This document shows, in pieces, positions 48,542-57,679 of a stretch of 58,779 nucleotides of DNA. Position numbers and translations under genes: made by a program. The notes beneath the pieces were generated by a model that saw only the letters and a program-made list of their open reading frames with translations, made no database searches and had not been told where the DNA came from. Source of the stretch: Bacilli bacterium (GTDB lineage: Bacteria > Bacillota_I > Bacilli_A > RFN20 > CAG-826); the NCBI GenBank assembly GCA_036657515.1, contig JAVXGI010000005.1, forward strand, positions 1 to 58,779, in the 5' to 3' direction. Each line of letters begins with the position of its first letter. Positions within the stretch are counted from its first letter, which is position 1.

Positions 48542-50023
48542 ATGGAAGAATTATTAAATGACCAAGAACTCGTTAGAAGAGAAAAGATAAATAAATTAAA
48601 AGAACTCGGAGTCGATCCTTTTGGCGAAAAGTATGAAAGAACTCATAATTCTTTAACTGCAAGAGAAGCAGTTGAAGGAAAAACAAATGAAGAACTAGAA
48701 GCTAATCATATATATGTAAATGTTGCTGGCAGAGTAATGTCTGTTCGTCGTATGGGAAAAGCTAGTTTCATGAATATTCAAGATAAGTTTGGAAAAATAC
48801 AAGCTTATATTGGAATTGATGTTGTTGGAGAACATGATTATGAAGTATTAAAACTTACCGACATCGGTGATTTTGTTGGTTTATATGGTAGATTAATGTT
48901 CACGAGAACCGGAGAATTAACTATTAGAGTGGAAAAGTATACATTCCTTACAAAATCACTCAAAGTTTTGCCTGAGAAATTTCATGGTTTAACTGATATT
49001 GAAGAAAGATATAGAAAAAGATATATTGATTTGATTGTAAACGATGATGCAAAACGTGTGGCACTATTACGACCAAGAATTATTAGATCAATTCAAAATT
49101 ATTTTGATAATTTAGGATTTGTAGAAGTTGAAACCGGAGTGCTTCAACCAATATTAGGTGGAGCTTCTGCTCGTCCTTTTGTTACACATCATAATACATT
49201 AGATAAAGATTTTTATTTACGTATTGCAACTGAATTACCACTTAAAAGATTAATAGTCGGTGGACTTGAAAAAGTATATGAGATTGGAAGACTCTTTAGA
49301 AATGAAGGAATGGATACAAAACATAATCCTGAATTTACAACAGTTGAACTATATGAAGCATTTGGTGATCTTCAATCAATGAGAAACTTAATGGAAGGCG
49401 TAATTAGAAATACTGTTAAAGAAGTTTTACATAGTGATGTTATTACATTTGGTGAACTTGTTTTAGATATTAGTAAACCATTTAGATGGGTATCAATGGC
49501 TGAGTTAGTTAAAGATAAAACTGGAATTGATTTTACAGCAGATATTACATTTGAAGAAGCAAAGAAACTTGCTGCTCAAAACGGCATTAAAGTAGAAACT
49601 CATATGACAAGTACTGGATTTATTCTTAATGAATTCTTTGAAAAGTTCTGTGAAGGTGATTTAATTCAACCAACATTTGTAACAGGACATCCAATTGAAA
49701 TATCTCCACTTACAAAAAAGAGTAAAGATCCTCGTTTTACTGAAAGATTTGAATTATATATGGCTGGATTTGAAGTTTGCAACGCATATAGTGAACTTAA
49801 TGATCCACTTGATCAAATTGAAAGATTTGAAGCTCAAATTAAAGCAAAAGAATTAGGCGATGATGAAGCTAATGAAATGGATTATGATTTTATTGAAGCT
49901 CTTGAATATGGTATGCCTCCAACAGGTGGCGTTGGAATGGGAATTGATAGATTAATTATGTTACTTGCTAACGAACAATCTATTAGAGAAGTAATACTCT
50001 TTCCATGTATGAAAGATAGATAA
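48542..50023 (+). CDS. lysS: Lysine--tRNA ligase (class II)
   Basis: YLRIATEL, FRNEG, HNPEF, GMPPTGG. Confidence 0.98.
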   Translation: MEELLNDQELVRREKINKLKELGVDPFGEKYERTHNSLTAREAVEGKTNEELEANHIYVNVAGRVMSVRRMGKASFMNIQDKFGKIQAYIGIDVVGEHDYEVLKLTDIGDFVGLYGRLMFTRTGELTIRVEKYTFLTKSLKVLPEKFHGLTDIEERYRKRYIDLIVNDDAKRVALLRPRIIRSIQNYFDNLGFVEVETGVLQPILGGASARPFVTHHNTLDKDFYLRIATELPLKRLIVGGLEKVYEIGRLFRNEGMDTKHNPEFTTVELYEAFGDLQSMRNLMEGVIRNTVKEVLHSDVITFGELVLDISKPFRWVSMAELVKDKTGIDFTADITFEEAKKLAAQNGIKVETHMTSTGFILNEFFEKFCEGDLIQPTFVTGHPIEISPLTKKSKDPRFTERFELYMAGFEVCNAYSELNDPLDQIERFEAQIKAKELGDDEANEMDYDFIEALEYGMPPTGGVGMGIDRLIMLLANEQSIREVILFPCMKDR

Positions 50024-50053
50024 TATATTTTAACTTTTTTTGCTAAAAAGTTT

Positions 50054-50090
50054 AAATCGTCCCCACTATATAGGTGTGGACGATTTTTTT
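50054..50090 (+). terminator. Terminator after lysS
   Basis: AAATCGTCC...GGACGATTT followed by a U tract. Confidence 0.75.
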
Positions 50091-50125
50091 ATTAATTTTG
50101 ATATTGTGCCTATCAAAAATGTGTT

Positions 50126-50154
50126 TTGACAAACGTCTATTATATATATATAAT
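50126..50154 (+). promoter_or_regulatory. Consensus SigA promoter of rpsF-ssb-rpsR
   Basis: TTGACA-17bp-TATAAT, perfect match. Confidence 0.88.
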
Positions 50155-50186
50155 ATAAATGCATTTCTATATGCAAATATAGTTAT

Positions 50187-50230
50187 GTCCTACTACTTCA
50201 CCGAAAGTAGTCAGATGTCCAAAGGAGGGG
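50187..50230 (+). promoter_or_regulatory. S6:S18-like ribosomal protein leader
   Basis: UCCU can pair with the SD AGGA; inner hairpin ACUACUU/AAGUAGU; unpaired CAGAUGUCCAA before the SD. Confidence 0.55.
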
Positions 50231-50235
50231 TACAT

Positions 50236-50523
50236 ATGAAAAAGTACGAATTAATGTATATTTTAAGACCTTCACTCGATGATGACGCACGTAAAACACT
50301 CATTGCATCATTACACAACATTTTAGCAACAAACGGAGCTAAAGTTGGTAAAGTCAATGAATGGGGACTTCGTGAACTTGCTTATGAAATTAAGAAAGAA
50401 ACGAAAGGCTATTACGTTCTTGTTAAATTTGAGGGTGATCAAAAAGCTATTAATGAATTTAATCGTTTAGTCTTAATCAATACTAATGTCTTACGCCATT
50501 TAGTAACGATTGATCAAGAATAA
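50236..50523 (+). CDS. rpsF: 30S ribosomal protein S6
   Basis: MKKYELMYILRP, WGLRELAYEI; SD AAGGAGG. Confidence 0.97.
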   Translation: MKKYELMYILRPSLDDDARKTLIASLHNILATNGAKVGKVNEWGLRELAYEIKKETKGYYVLVKFEGDQKAINEFNRLVLINTNVLRHLVTIDQE

Positions 50524-50535
50524 AAAGGAGAGTGT

Positions 50536-50958
50536 ATGATTAATAGAGTAGTATTAGTTGGAAGACTATCAAGAAATCCAGAAAAAAGAACAACAGCAAA
50601 CAACAATTCAGTAGTTTCCTTTTCCGTCGCGGTCGATAATATGACCAAAGGCGCTGATGGACAAAAAACTACAAGTTTTATTCCATGTGTTGCATGGAAT
50701 GGTTTAGCAGATAATATCGCTAAATATACTAAAAAAGGATCGCTTGTTGGTGTTGAAGGAAGAATCGTTCAAAGATCTTATAAAAACAATAGTGGCGTTA
50801 ATGTCCAAGTTGTTGAAATAATTGCTGAAAACGTTCAATTCTTATCACCTAAATCTGAAAGAACAGAAGATTCCTCAGCTTTCGTTGAAGAAAACACTGA
50901 ATCTTCAGGTACATCTGATATCGATATCATGTCTGGAGACGAAGATCTCCCATTCTAA
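50536..50958 (+). CDS. ssb: Single-stranded DNA-binding protein
   Basis: MINRVVLVGRL, C-terminal DLPF. Confidence 0.97.
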   Translation: MINRVVLVGRLSRNPEKRTTANNNSVVSFSVAVDNMTKGADGQKTTSFIPCVAWNGLADNIAKYTKKGSLVGVEGRIVQRSYKNNSGVNVQVVEIIAENVQFLSPKSERTEDSSAFVEENTESSGTSDIDIMSGDEDLPF

Positions 50959-50986
50959 CTAAAAAAACAAAAGAAAGGAAATAAAT

Positions 50987-51214
50987 ATGGCATACAAAAA
51001 AATGAGACCTCACAAAAAGGTCTGTTACTTTACAAAAAACAATGTGAAGTTCATTGATTATAAAGATGTCGAACTTTTAAAGAAGTTCGTTACACCAAAC
51101 GGCAAGATTGCTCCACGTAGATTAACTGGAACATGTGCAAAATATCAAAGAGAACTCGCAAGAGCAATTAAGAACGCAAGAAAAATGGCATTATTACCAT
51201 ACGTTGCTGATTAA
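50987..51214 (+). CDS. rpsR: 30S ribosomal protein S18
   Basis: [24 protein letters not shown]. Confidence 0.97.
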   Translation: MAYKKMRPHKKVCYFTKNNVKFIDYKDVELLKKFVTPNGKIAPRRLTGTCAKYQRELARAIKNARKMALLPYVAD

Positions 51215-51225
51215 TACTAAATAAT

Positions 51226-51257
51226 AAGCCATTCGTTATGAAACGAATGGCTTTTTT
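51226..51257 (+). terminator. Terminator after rpsR
   Basis: AAGCCATTCGTT-ATGA-AACGAATGGCTT plus U tract. Confidence 0.85.
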
Positions 51258-51296
51258 CTTTTATTATGCTTAAAAGCATAATATAATATTATTAAT

Positions 51297-53324
51297 ATGA
51301 AGAAATCTTATAATACTATTAAAATAGTTTCTTACTTTACATTATTAGTGCAGGTTGTTTTGATTTTAACGTTGTTTTTAATGTATTTTTATAACTCTTT
51401 TGATATTCAAACTCTTTTAACGGTACCGTTTATCTTTATTTTTGCTGCCGTGTTTGTGACGGTAGATGCGATAATTATGTTAATATCGGTATTTGTTATT
51501 GAAAGATCAAGATATAAGCAAGATATTCTTACTGCTGATTTATTTGGTTCTAATATTCAAGAATCATTAGATTTTACACAACTTGGAATAATTGTAGTTG
51601 ATGAAAATCAAATTATTCTTTGGGAAAATAGATTAATGGAATCTCATTGTCATGAGTTACTTGACACTAATATTTTAGATGCTTTTCCAAAATTAAGAGA
51701 TTTATATGGATCTAATACCTCTAATTCGGTAATTGTAACGATTAATGAAAAGTTCTTTAATGTAATTTATATGGCTCAAGCTGGAGTATATCTATTTAAA
51801 GATACGACAGAATATGAGAACTTATTTAAATATTCTAAAAACCAAGCAATTGTTTTAGGAATAATTGTTATTGATAACTTTAATGAAATTATTAGTACGG
51901 ATGAAGAAACGTCTGATGTTATTGCTAGTGTTAGAACTAAAATTAATGATTATTTTAAGACTTATGGAGTCTTATTACGTAAATACAAGAATGACTCTTA
52001 TTTTGCAATCTGTAATTATAATTCTTTACTTAGAATGCAAGATAATAACTTTGAAATTCTTGATTCAATTCGTTCAATTGAAGGTGAAAACGAAATAAAT
52101 CCTACTCTTTCAATTGGTTTTGCTCATGACTTTCCTTCTGTTTATAAACTTAATGAAATGGCTAGTAGTGCCCTTGATATCGCAATATCACGTGGTGGAG
52201 ATCAAGCTGTTGTTTCAAAATATGGTAGTGATTTACAGTTTTATGGTGGAAAAACTGAAGCTGTTGAAAAGAAAAACAAAGTTCGTGTTAGAGTACTAGC
52301 TGATTCACTTTTCTCAGTTTTAAAACAAGCATCAAACGTATTAATTATGGGACATATCGATATGGATATGGACTCGCTTGGCAGTGCGTTAGGTGTTAAA
52401 GTAATGTGTGATTATTTAGGACTTGATGCTCGAATTGTTTATGATTATAAACTTGTTGAAAGAAAAACCCGTTCGGCTTTTTCTCAAACATTTTCAAAAG
52501 AAGAAGCAGCTGATTTAATTATTAGTCCAAAAGATGCAATTAACAGTGTAAATCCAAAAACTATATTAGTAATTGTTGATTTCCATCGTCCTTCAATGGC
52601 TTTAAACAAAGATTTAATTGAAGAATGTTCAAAAGTTATTGTTATTGACCATCATAGAAGAAGTGAAGAATTTATTAGTAATCCAGTTTTCTCATATACT
52701 GAATCAAGTGCATCTAGTGCATGTGAACTTATTACTGAACTTATATATTATGCATCATCTAATCCACAAATAATTATTCCTAGTTCTTATGCTACGATTA
52801 TGCTTTCTGGAATATTTATGGATACTGGATTTTATAGTAGTTCAACTTCAGGCATTAGAACGTTTGAAGCAAGCATGGTTTTAAGAAAATTTGGAGCAGA
52901 TAACGTAACAGCTGATGAATTCTTAAAAGATGATTTTGAAGAAGCAATGCTTATTTCTAAGATCTTAACTGGATTAAAAACTCCATATACTGGTATAGTT
53001 TATTGTACGGTTGGAGAAGAACTTGTTGATCCTGTAATTATTAGTAAAGTTGCTAGTAGATGTGTTGATATGAAAGATATAAAAGCAAGTTTTGTTATTG
53101 GCAGAACTAATGAAAACGAAGTTAAAATAAGTGCTCGAAGTGATGGAAGTGTTAACGTTCAATTACTTTGTGAAAAAATGGGTGGTGGCGGACATTTTGC
53201 TGGATCTGCTGTTACTTTTAAAAGTACGAGTTGCAGCGAAATTGAAACTATTTTATTATCAAATTTAAAAGATTACTTAAATGAATCTAAAATAAAACCA
53301 GGTGAAGGAAAAGAGGAGAATTAA
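51297..53324 (+). CDS. gdpP: Cyclic-di-AMP phosphodiesterase
   Basis: Two TM segments, PAS-like region, RGGDQ, DMDSLG, IDHH, GGGGH; upstream of rplI. Confidence 0.92.
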   Translation: MKKSYNTIKIVSYFTLLVQVVLILTLFLMYFYNSFDIQTLLTVPFIFIFAAVFVTVDAIIMLISVFVIERSRYKQDILTADLFGSNIQESLDFTQLGIIVVDENQIILWENRLMESHCHELLDTNILDAFPKLRDLYGSNTSNSVIVTINEKFFNVIYMAQAGVYLFKDTTEYENLFKYSKNQAIVLGIIVIDNFNEIISTDEETSDVIASVRTKINDYFKTYGVLLRKYKNDSYFAICNYNSLLRMQDNNFEILDSIRSIEGENEINPTLSIGFAHDFPSVYKLNEMASSALDIAISRGGDQAVVSKYGSDLQFYGGKTEAVEKKNKVRVRVLADSLFSVLKQASNVLIMGHIDMDMDSLGSALGVKVMCDYLGLDARIVYDYKLVERKTRSAFSQTFSKEEAADLIISPKDAINSVNPKTILVIVDFHRPSMALNKDLIEECSKVIVIDHHRRSEEFISNPVFSYTESSASSACELITELIYYASSNPQIIIPSSYATIMLSGIFMDTGFYSSSTSGIRTFEASMVLRKFGADNVTADEFLKDDFEEAMLISKILTGLKTPYTGIVYCTVGEELVDPVIISKVASRCVDMKDIKASFVIGRTNENEVKISARSDGSVNVQLLCEKMGGGGHFAGSAVTFKSTSCSEIETILLSNLKDYLNESKIKPGEGKEEN

Positions 53325-53326
53325 TT

Positions 53327-53776
53327 ATGAAAGTTATTATGTTAAGCGATGTTAAAGGTGTTGGAAAAACCGGACAAATTATTACAGTTAAAGACGGATA
53401 TGGATCAAACTTCCTTATCCCTAATAAACTTGCAGTACGTCATACTGACACTGCTATAAAAATTTTAGCTGACGAGAAAAAAGCTGAAGCAGATAAAATA
53501 GAAAAAGCTAAAGCAGAAGCTAATAAAGCAAAAGAATTACTTGAACAAGTTACGTTAGAATTCACAGCTAAACCAGCTGCTGATGGCAGAATGTGTGGAA
53601 CTATTTCTTTAAAGCAAGTCGAAAATGAGTTAAAAACTAAATTTAAAATTGAAATTGATAAAAGAAAATTTGTTGAAAAATTTCCAATAAATGCATTTGG
53701 TATAACAATGCTTAAAATTGAATTATTTAAAGGCGTAATTGGTGTTATCAAAGTTCATGTAAGTGAGGGAAAATAA
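53327..53776 (+). CDS. rplI: 50S ribosomal protein L9
   Basis: MKVI..DVKGVGKTG...VKDGYGSNFLIP. Confidence 0.97.
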   Translation: MKVIMLSDVKGVGKTGQIITVKDGYGSNFLIPNKLAVRHTDTAIKILADEKKAEADKIEKAKAEANKAKELLEQVTLEFTAKPAADGRMCGTISLKQVENELKTKFKIEIDKRKFVEKFPINAFGITMLKIELFKGVIGVIKVHVSEGK

Positions 53777-55212
53777 TGGCTAATGCGTTGCCAACAAACA
53801 AACAAGCAGAAGCTTATTTAATTAGTGCTGCACTTGGAAATGAAACAAATGCTAAATTTATTGTAAATGAGCTAAATGAAAATGATTTTACTGATTATTC
53901 ATTAAAAGAAATTTTTAAAGTGTTCGTGTCTTTATATGAAAATAAAATGTCTCTTGATATTTCAACAGTTGGTGCCGTTCTTGAAAACAATGGTGTTCTT
54001 AGTAAAATTGGTGGAGTAAATTTTCTTTCAAAATTACTTGATCAATATTTAACCGATGAAGGCGTTGAAGAAACAGCTAAAATATTACGTGATAAAACAA
54101 ATGCTAGAGAATTATTAAATACTTTTCACGACTTAGAAACAAAATATTTTTCTAAGTCGTTTGAAGATGACAATTCTTTTCTTGGCAACAGTGAAGCAGA
54201 AATTAATGCTATTACTGCTAATAGAAGAGTAAGTGGATTTAGAAATTTAAAAGAAATTAGTAATGTTATTAGAAATAATATCGAAATAAGTAAACATAGT
54301 TCTTCAAGTCTTGTTGGACTTGATACTGGATATCCTCTTCTTAATAAAATCACCTTAGGTTTTAATAAAGGAGAAGTTATCGTCATTGCTGCTCGTCCTT
54401 CTGTTGGTAAAACAGCATTTGGAGTAAATGTTGCATATAATGTCGCATCTCGCACAATGACTCCGGTGTTAATATTTTCAGTAGAAATGAGTCCGGAAGC
54501 ATTAGGAACAAGAATATTAGCAAGTGTTTCAAACGTTGATTTATCGAAAATATTAACCGGAAACGTTAATGATAAAGATATGGTAAAGATTGGTGAAGGC
54601 ATTAAACAAATGGAAAAGACACCAATTTTTATTGATCCTACTCCTAATATAAAAATTGGTGAACTTGTTACTAAATCAAGAAAATTTAAAGCAGAGAATC
54701 CTAATTTATCAATGATTCTAATTGACTATATTGGACTTATTACAACAGATAAAAAATATGAATCTAATCGTATTCAAGTTGGAGCAATATCTCATGAATT
54801 AAAAGCTCTTGCTAAAGAACTTTCGATACCAGTTGTTGTTATTTCTCAACTTTCTCGTGGTGTTGAATCAAGAACAAATAAACGTCCAGAGATGTCTGAT
54901 CTTAGAGATTCTGGAGATATTGAACAAGATGCAGATAAGATTTTACTTCTATATAGAGATGACTATTACGATAAAAAAAGTAATAAAGAACCTGGAAGTG
55001 CTGAAGCTACTTTTGCTCCAGTAGATCGTGAAAGAGAAAGAATTAAAGAAGAAATTGGTGATGTATTAACTTCTACTGTGGAAATTAATGTTGCTAAAAA
55101 TAGAAACGGACAAACAAATACTACTTACTTATTATTCTTTAAGAATTTATCTAGATTTGATACTCCTACTGATGATTTTATTGATAACTATAAGAAGACT
55201 AAATCTTATTAA
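53776..55212 (+). CDS. dnaB: Replicative DNA helicase (DnaC in Bacillus nomenclature)
   Basis: AARPSVGKT, IDYIGL, SQLSR, DLRDSGDIEQDAD, KNRNG. Confidence 0.97.
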   Translation: MANALPTNKQAEAYLISAALGNETNAKFIVNELNENDFTDYSLKEIFKVFVSLYENKMSLDISTVGAVLENNGVLSKIGGVNFLSKLLDQYLTDEGVEETAKILRDKTNARELLNTFHDLETKYFSKSFEDDNSFLGNSEAEINAITANRRVSGFRNLKEISNVIRNNIEISKHSSSSLVGLDTGYPLLNKITLGFNKGEVIVIAARPSVGKTAFGVNVAYNVASRTMTPVLIFSVEMSPEALGTRILASVSNVDLSKILTGNVNDKDMVKIGEGIKQMEKTPIFIDPTPNIKIGELVTKSRKFKAENPNLSMILIDYIGLITTDKKYESNRIQVGAISHELKALAKELSIPVVVISQLSRGVESRTNKRPEMSDLRDSGDIEQDADKILLLYRDDYYDKKSNKEPGSAEATFAPVDRERERIKEEIGDVLTSTVEINVAKNRNGQTNTTYLLFFKNLSRFDTPTDDFIDNYKKTKSY

Positions 55213-55214
55213 GT

Positions 55215-55943
55215 ATGAAAATATTTGTACTTGCTAGCGGTTCTAAAGGAAACGCTACTGCAGTTGAAATTAATCCTCAGCAATATATATTAATTGATCA
55301 AGGACTTAGCTTATCTTATCTTTTGTCTTGTCTTAGAAAGTGTGATATTGATATCGATAATATTACTCATTATTTCTTTACCCATCGACATGGTGATCAT
55401 GTGCTTGGTATTGAAGCCATTGATTCTAATAAAATATATTCACTAAAGGGAACATTAGATTTATCTTCCTACCACTATTTAAGTCCGTATTATACGTATG
55501 ACTTTAAAACTTTTAAAGTCATACCGTTTTTAACATCGCACGATGCTCCTTCTTCTTGCGGATATTCGTTTATAATTAATGGAGAATCATTCTTTTATAT
55601 TACCGATACTGGTTTTATTCCACAAGAAACAATCGCTATTATGCATGATAAAAACTACTATATGATTGAATCAAATCATGATTGTAATATGGTATTAAAT
55701 TCAAATAGACCAGAAGCTCTTAAGTTAAGAATTATGGGAAATGCAGGGCATTTATCAAATAAACAATGTGTAGAATATTTAAATATGGTTGTTGGTTCTA
55801 ATACAAAAGAAATTATTCTTGCTCATGTTTCCGATCAATGTAATTCAGATAAAAAGATCTATGAGGCACTAGATAATTCATTTATATATAAAGATAAAGT
55901 AAAGATATTAATAGCAAGACAATGGAATGTTATTAAGGGTTAA
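55215..55943 (+). CDS. walJ: MBL-fold exonuclease WalJ/YycJ-like
   Basis: LASGSKGN, THRHGDH, SHDA, ESNHD, GHLSN; synteny before rlmH. Confidence 0.85.
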   Translation: MKIFVLASGSKGNATAVEINPQQYILIDQGLSLSYLLSCLRKCDIDIDNITHYFFTHRHGDHVLGIEAIDSNKIYSLKGTLDLSSYHYLSPYYTYDFKTFKVIPFLTSHDAPSSCGYSFIINGESFFYITDTGFIPQETIAIMHDKNYYMIESNHDCNMVLNSNRPEALKLRIMGNAGHLSNKQCVEYLNMVVGSNTKEIILAHVSDQCNSDKKIYEALDNSFIYKDKVKILIARQWNVIKG

Positions 55944-55949
55944 TGCTTT

Positions 55950-56432
55950 ATGCTTAAAATAAAAATAGTTTGCGTAGGCAAACTTAAAGAAAAATATTAT
56001 GTTGAGATGCAAAATGAATATGTTAAACGTTTATCGCGTTACATTGAACTTAATATTATTGAAGTAAAAGATGAAAAAATAGATGCAAATTCTAATGCTG
56101 CGCTTGATACGGTTGTAAAAGATAAAGAATTTGAAAACATTAAGAAAGTAATTAAAGAAAACGATTATATCGTTCTCCTTGATTTAAAAGGAATTGAATA
56201 TGATTCAATTGAACTTTCGGAAAAGTTCAATACTTATCTTAGTAATTCACTAACTAATGTAACCTTTATTATCGGAGGTTCTTTAGGATTTTCTGCTAAA
56301 ATAGAAAAATTGGCAAAAGAAAAGATTAAGCTTTCACACTTAACCCTTACTCATCAAATGAGTAGGGTAATTTTATTAGAACAAATATATAGGTCGTTTA
56401 AAATTCTTAATAACGAAACCTATCATAAATAA
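55950..56432 (+). CDS. rlmH: 23S rRNA pseudouridine-1915 N3-methyltransferase
   Basis: VGKLKEKY, FIIGGSLG, LLEQIYR, YHK. Confidence 0.96.
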   Translation: MLKIKIVCVGKLKEKYYVEMQNEYVKRLSRYIELNIIEVKDEKIDANSNAALDTVVKDKEFENIKKVIKENDYIVLLDLKGIEYDSIELSEKFNTYLSNSLTNVTFIIGGSLGFSAKIEKLAKEKIKLSHLTLTHQMSRVILLEQIYRSFKILNNETYHK

Positions 56433-56434
56433 TC

Positions 56435-57229
56435 CTAATCAATTATCCCTAATTTTTTAAATGAATTTGCCCAACCATCGTCATCGATATTATCGGTAAC
56501 AAAGTCAGATTCGTTTTTTAAGCATTGAACTGCATTTCCCATTGCTACTCCAATTCCTGCGAATTGAATTAGTTCCATATCATTGTTACCATCACCTAAT
56601 GCCATGACATTTTCTGGTGTTAACTTTAGATATTCAAGTAGTGCTAATAAGCCTTTTGCTTTATCACTTCCTGTTGGCATGATATCAACTGCATATTCAT
56701 CCCATCTTGCACTTTTTGCACCACTAATATGTGGTAAGAACAGCGATTCATCAAGTTCATCGCAAAAACAAATTGCTTGATAGACTGTACGGTCGTAATG
56801 ATTTGGATAACTTCTTGGTTGTGGGAATCTTGTTTTATACTTTTCATGAGCTGAAATAACACGATCATCAATGTAGTTAATATGACCTTCATCAAGTTCA
56901 ATTAAGGTTAAACCAAATTTTAATCTCTTTGAAAACTTAATCAAAGCATCAACAACAGTTTCTGGTATCGGATATTTATAAATTACTTTTCCATCAATAA
57001 TAACAGAACTTCCATTCATCGTAATTAAACCATCTGGTTTAATGATGTCAAGAATTCCAGTTTTACCAATAAGATACTTATTTCTACCAGAACAGAGGAA
57101 TACTTTTATTCCTTTTGCTTGTAGTTTACGAACAGCATCGATTGAACTTGCTGGTACACAGTTTTTAGTATGTGAAAATAATGTCCCATCAATATCAGTT
57201 ACAACGATTTTTATATCTTTTCCATCCAT
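56435..57229 (-). CDS. Cof-type HAD-IIB hydrolase
   Basis: DIDGTL, SGR, K, GDGNND, AMGNA; SD AAGGAGG supports ATG 57229. Confidence 0.93.
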   Translation of the reverse strand: MDGKDIKIVVTDIDGTLFSHTKNCVPASSIDAVRKLQAKGIKVFLCSGRNKYLIGKTGILDIIKPDGLITMNGSSVIIDGKVIYKYPIPETVVDALIKFSKRLKFGLTLIELDEGHINYIDDRVISAHEKYKTRFPQPRSYPNHYDRTVYQAICFCDELDESLFLPHISGAKSARWDEYAVDIMPTGSDKAKGLLALLEYLKLTPENVMALGDGNNDMELIQFAGIGVAMGNAVQCLKNESDFVTDNIDDDGWANSFKKLGIID

Positions 57230-57271
57230 TTGTTTGCCTCCTTTCTTTAAATACTCTATACTATATAAGTT

Positions 57272-57610
57272 ATGGAATATATTGAATTTAATAGCTTTAA
57301 GCAAGTAGTCGATTTAGATAACCCTCTTATAAAAAAGTTCATTGTCGACAATGAATGTTCATTTTATATTGAGCCGATTTTCTATACACAATTACAAGCA
57401 ATGTTTGCACATCACAAAAAGTCTATTGATAGAATTATAGATAAAATGATGCAATTAGTCAAAACAAATAAGAAAGTAATTTTTACAGGAGACTTTGAAG
57501 CCCCTGCACTTGATGTCGAAGGATATGTCTTTAAAGAGATAACAGACGTTACCGATCCTCTTATGATTTTTGTTGAAGATAAATCAAGAGGAAGCGACTA
57601 CGGCGATTAA
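57272..57610 (+). CDS. Hypothetical protein
   Basis: 112-aa ORF filling the gap, host-like composition, followed by a terminator. Confidence 0.75.
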   Translation: MEYIEFNSFKQVVDLDNPLIKKFIVDNECSFYIEPIFYTQLQAMFAHHKKSIDRIIDKMMQLVKTNKKVIFTGDFEAPALDVEGYVFKEITDVTDPLMIFVEDKSRGSDYGD

Positions 57611-57630
57611 ATAACAAATAATTAAGAATA

Positions 57631-57670
57631 AAAAAATAGGATTCACGATGCGTGAATCCTATTTTATTTT
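57631..57670. terminator. Bidirectional terminator
   Basis: AAAATAGGATTCACG-ATG-CGTGAATCCTATTTT between convergent genes. Confidence 0.85.
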
Positions 57671-57679
57671 TTATAGTTT

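Noticed and set aside
50074-50235. 54-aa N-terminal extension of RpsF in the ORF track
   Set aside because: It spans the lysS terminator and the rpsF promoter; the SD supports ATG 50236
54126-54602. 158-aa antisense ORF inside dnaB, and similar shadow ORFs in the P-type ATPase, serS, gyrA, gyrB, ppdK, ABC, ftsH, rplI and the last gene
   Set aside because: They mirror the codon bias of conserved genes, are rich in Ser/Phe/Leu/Ile, and have no SD or motifs
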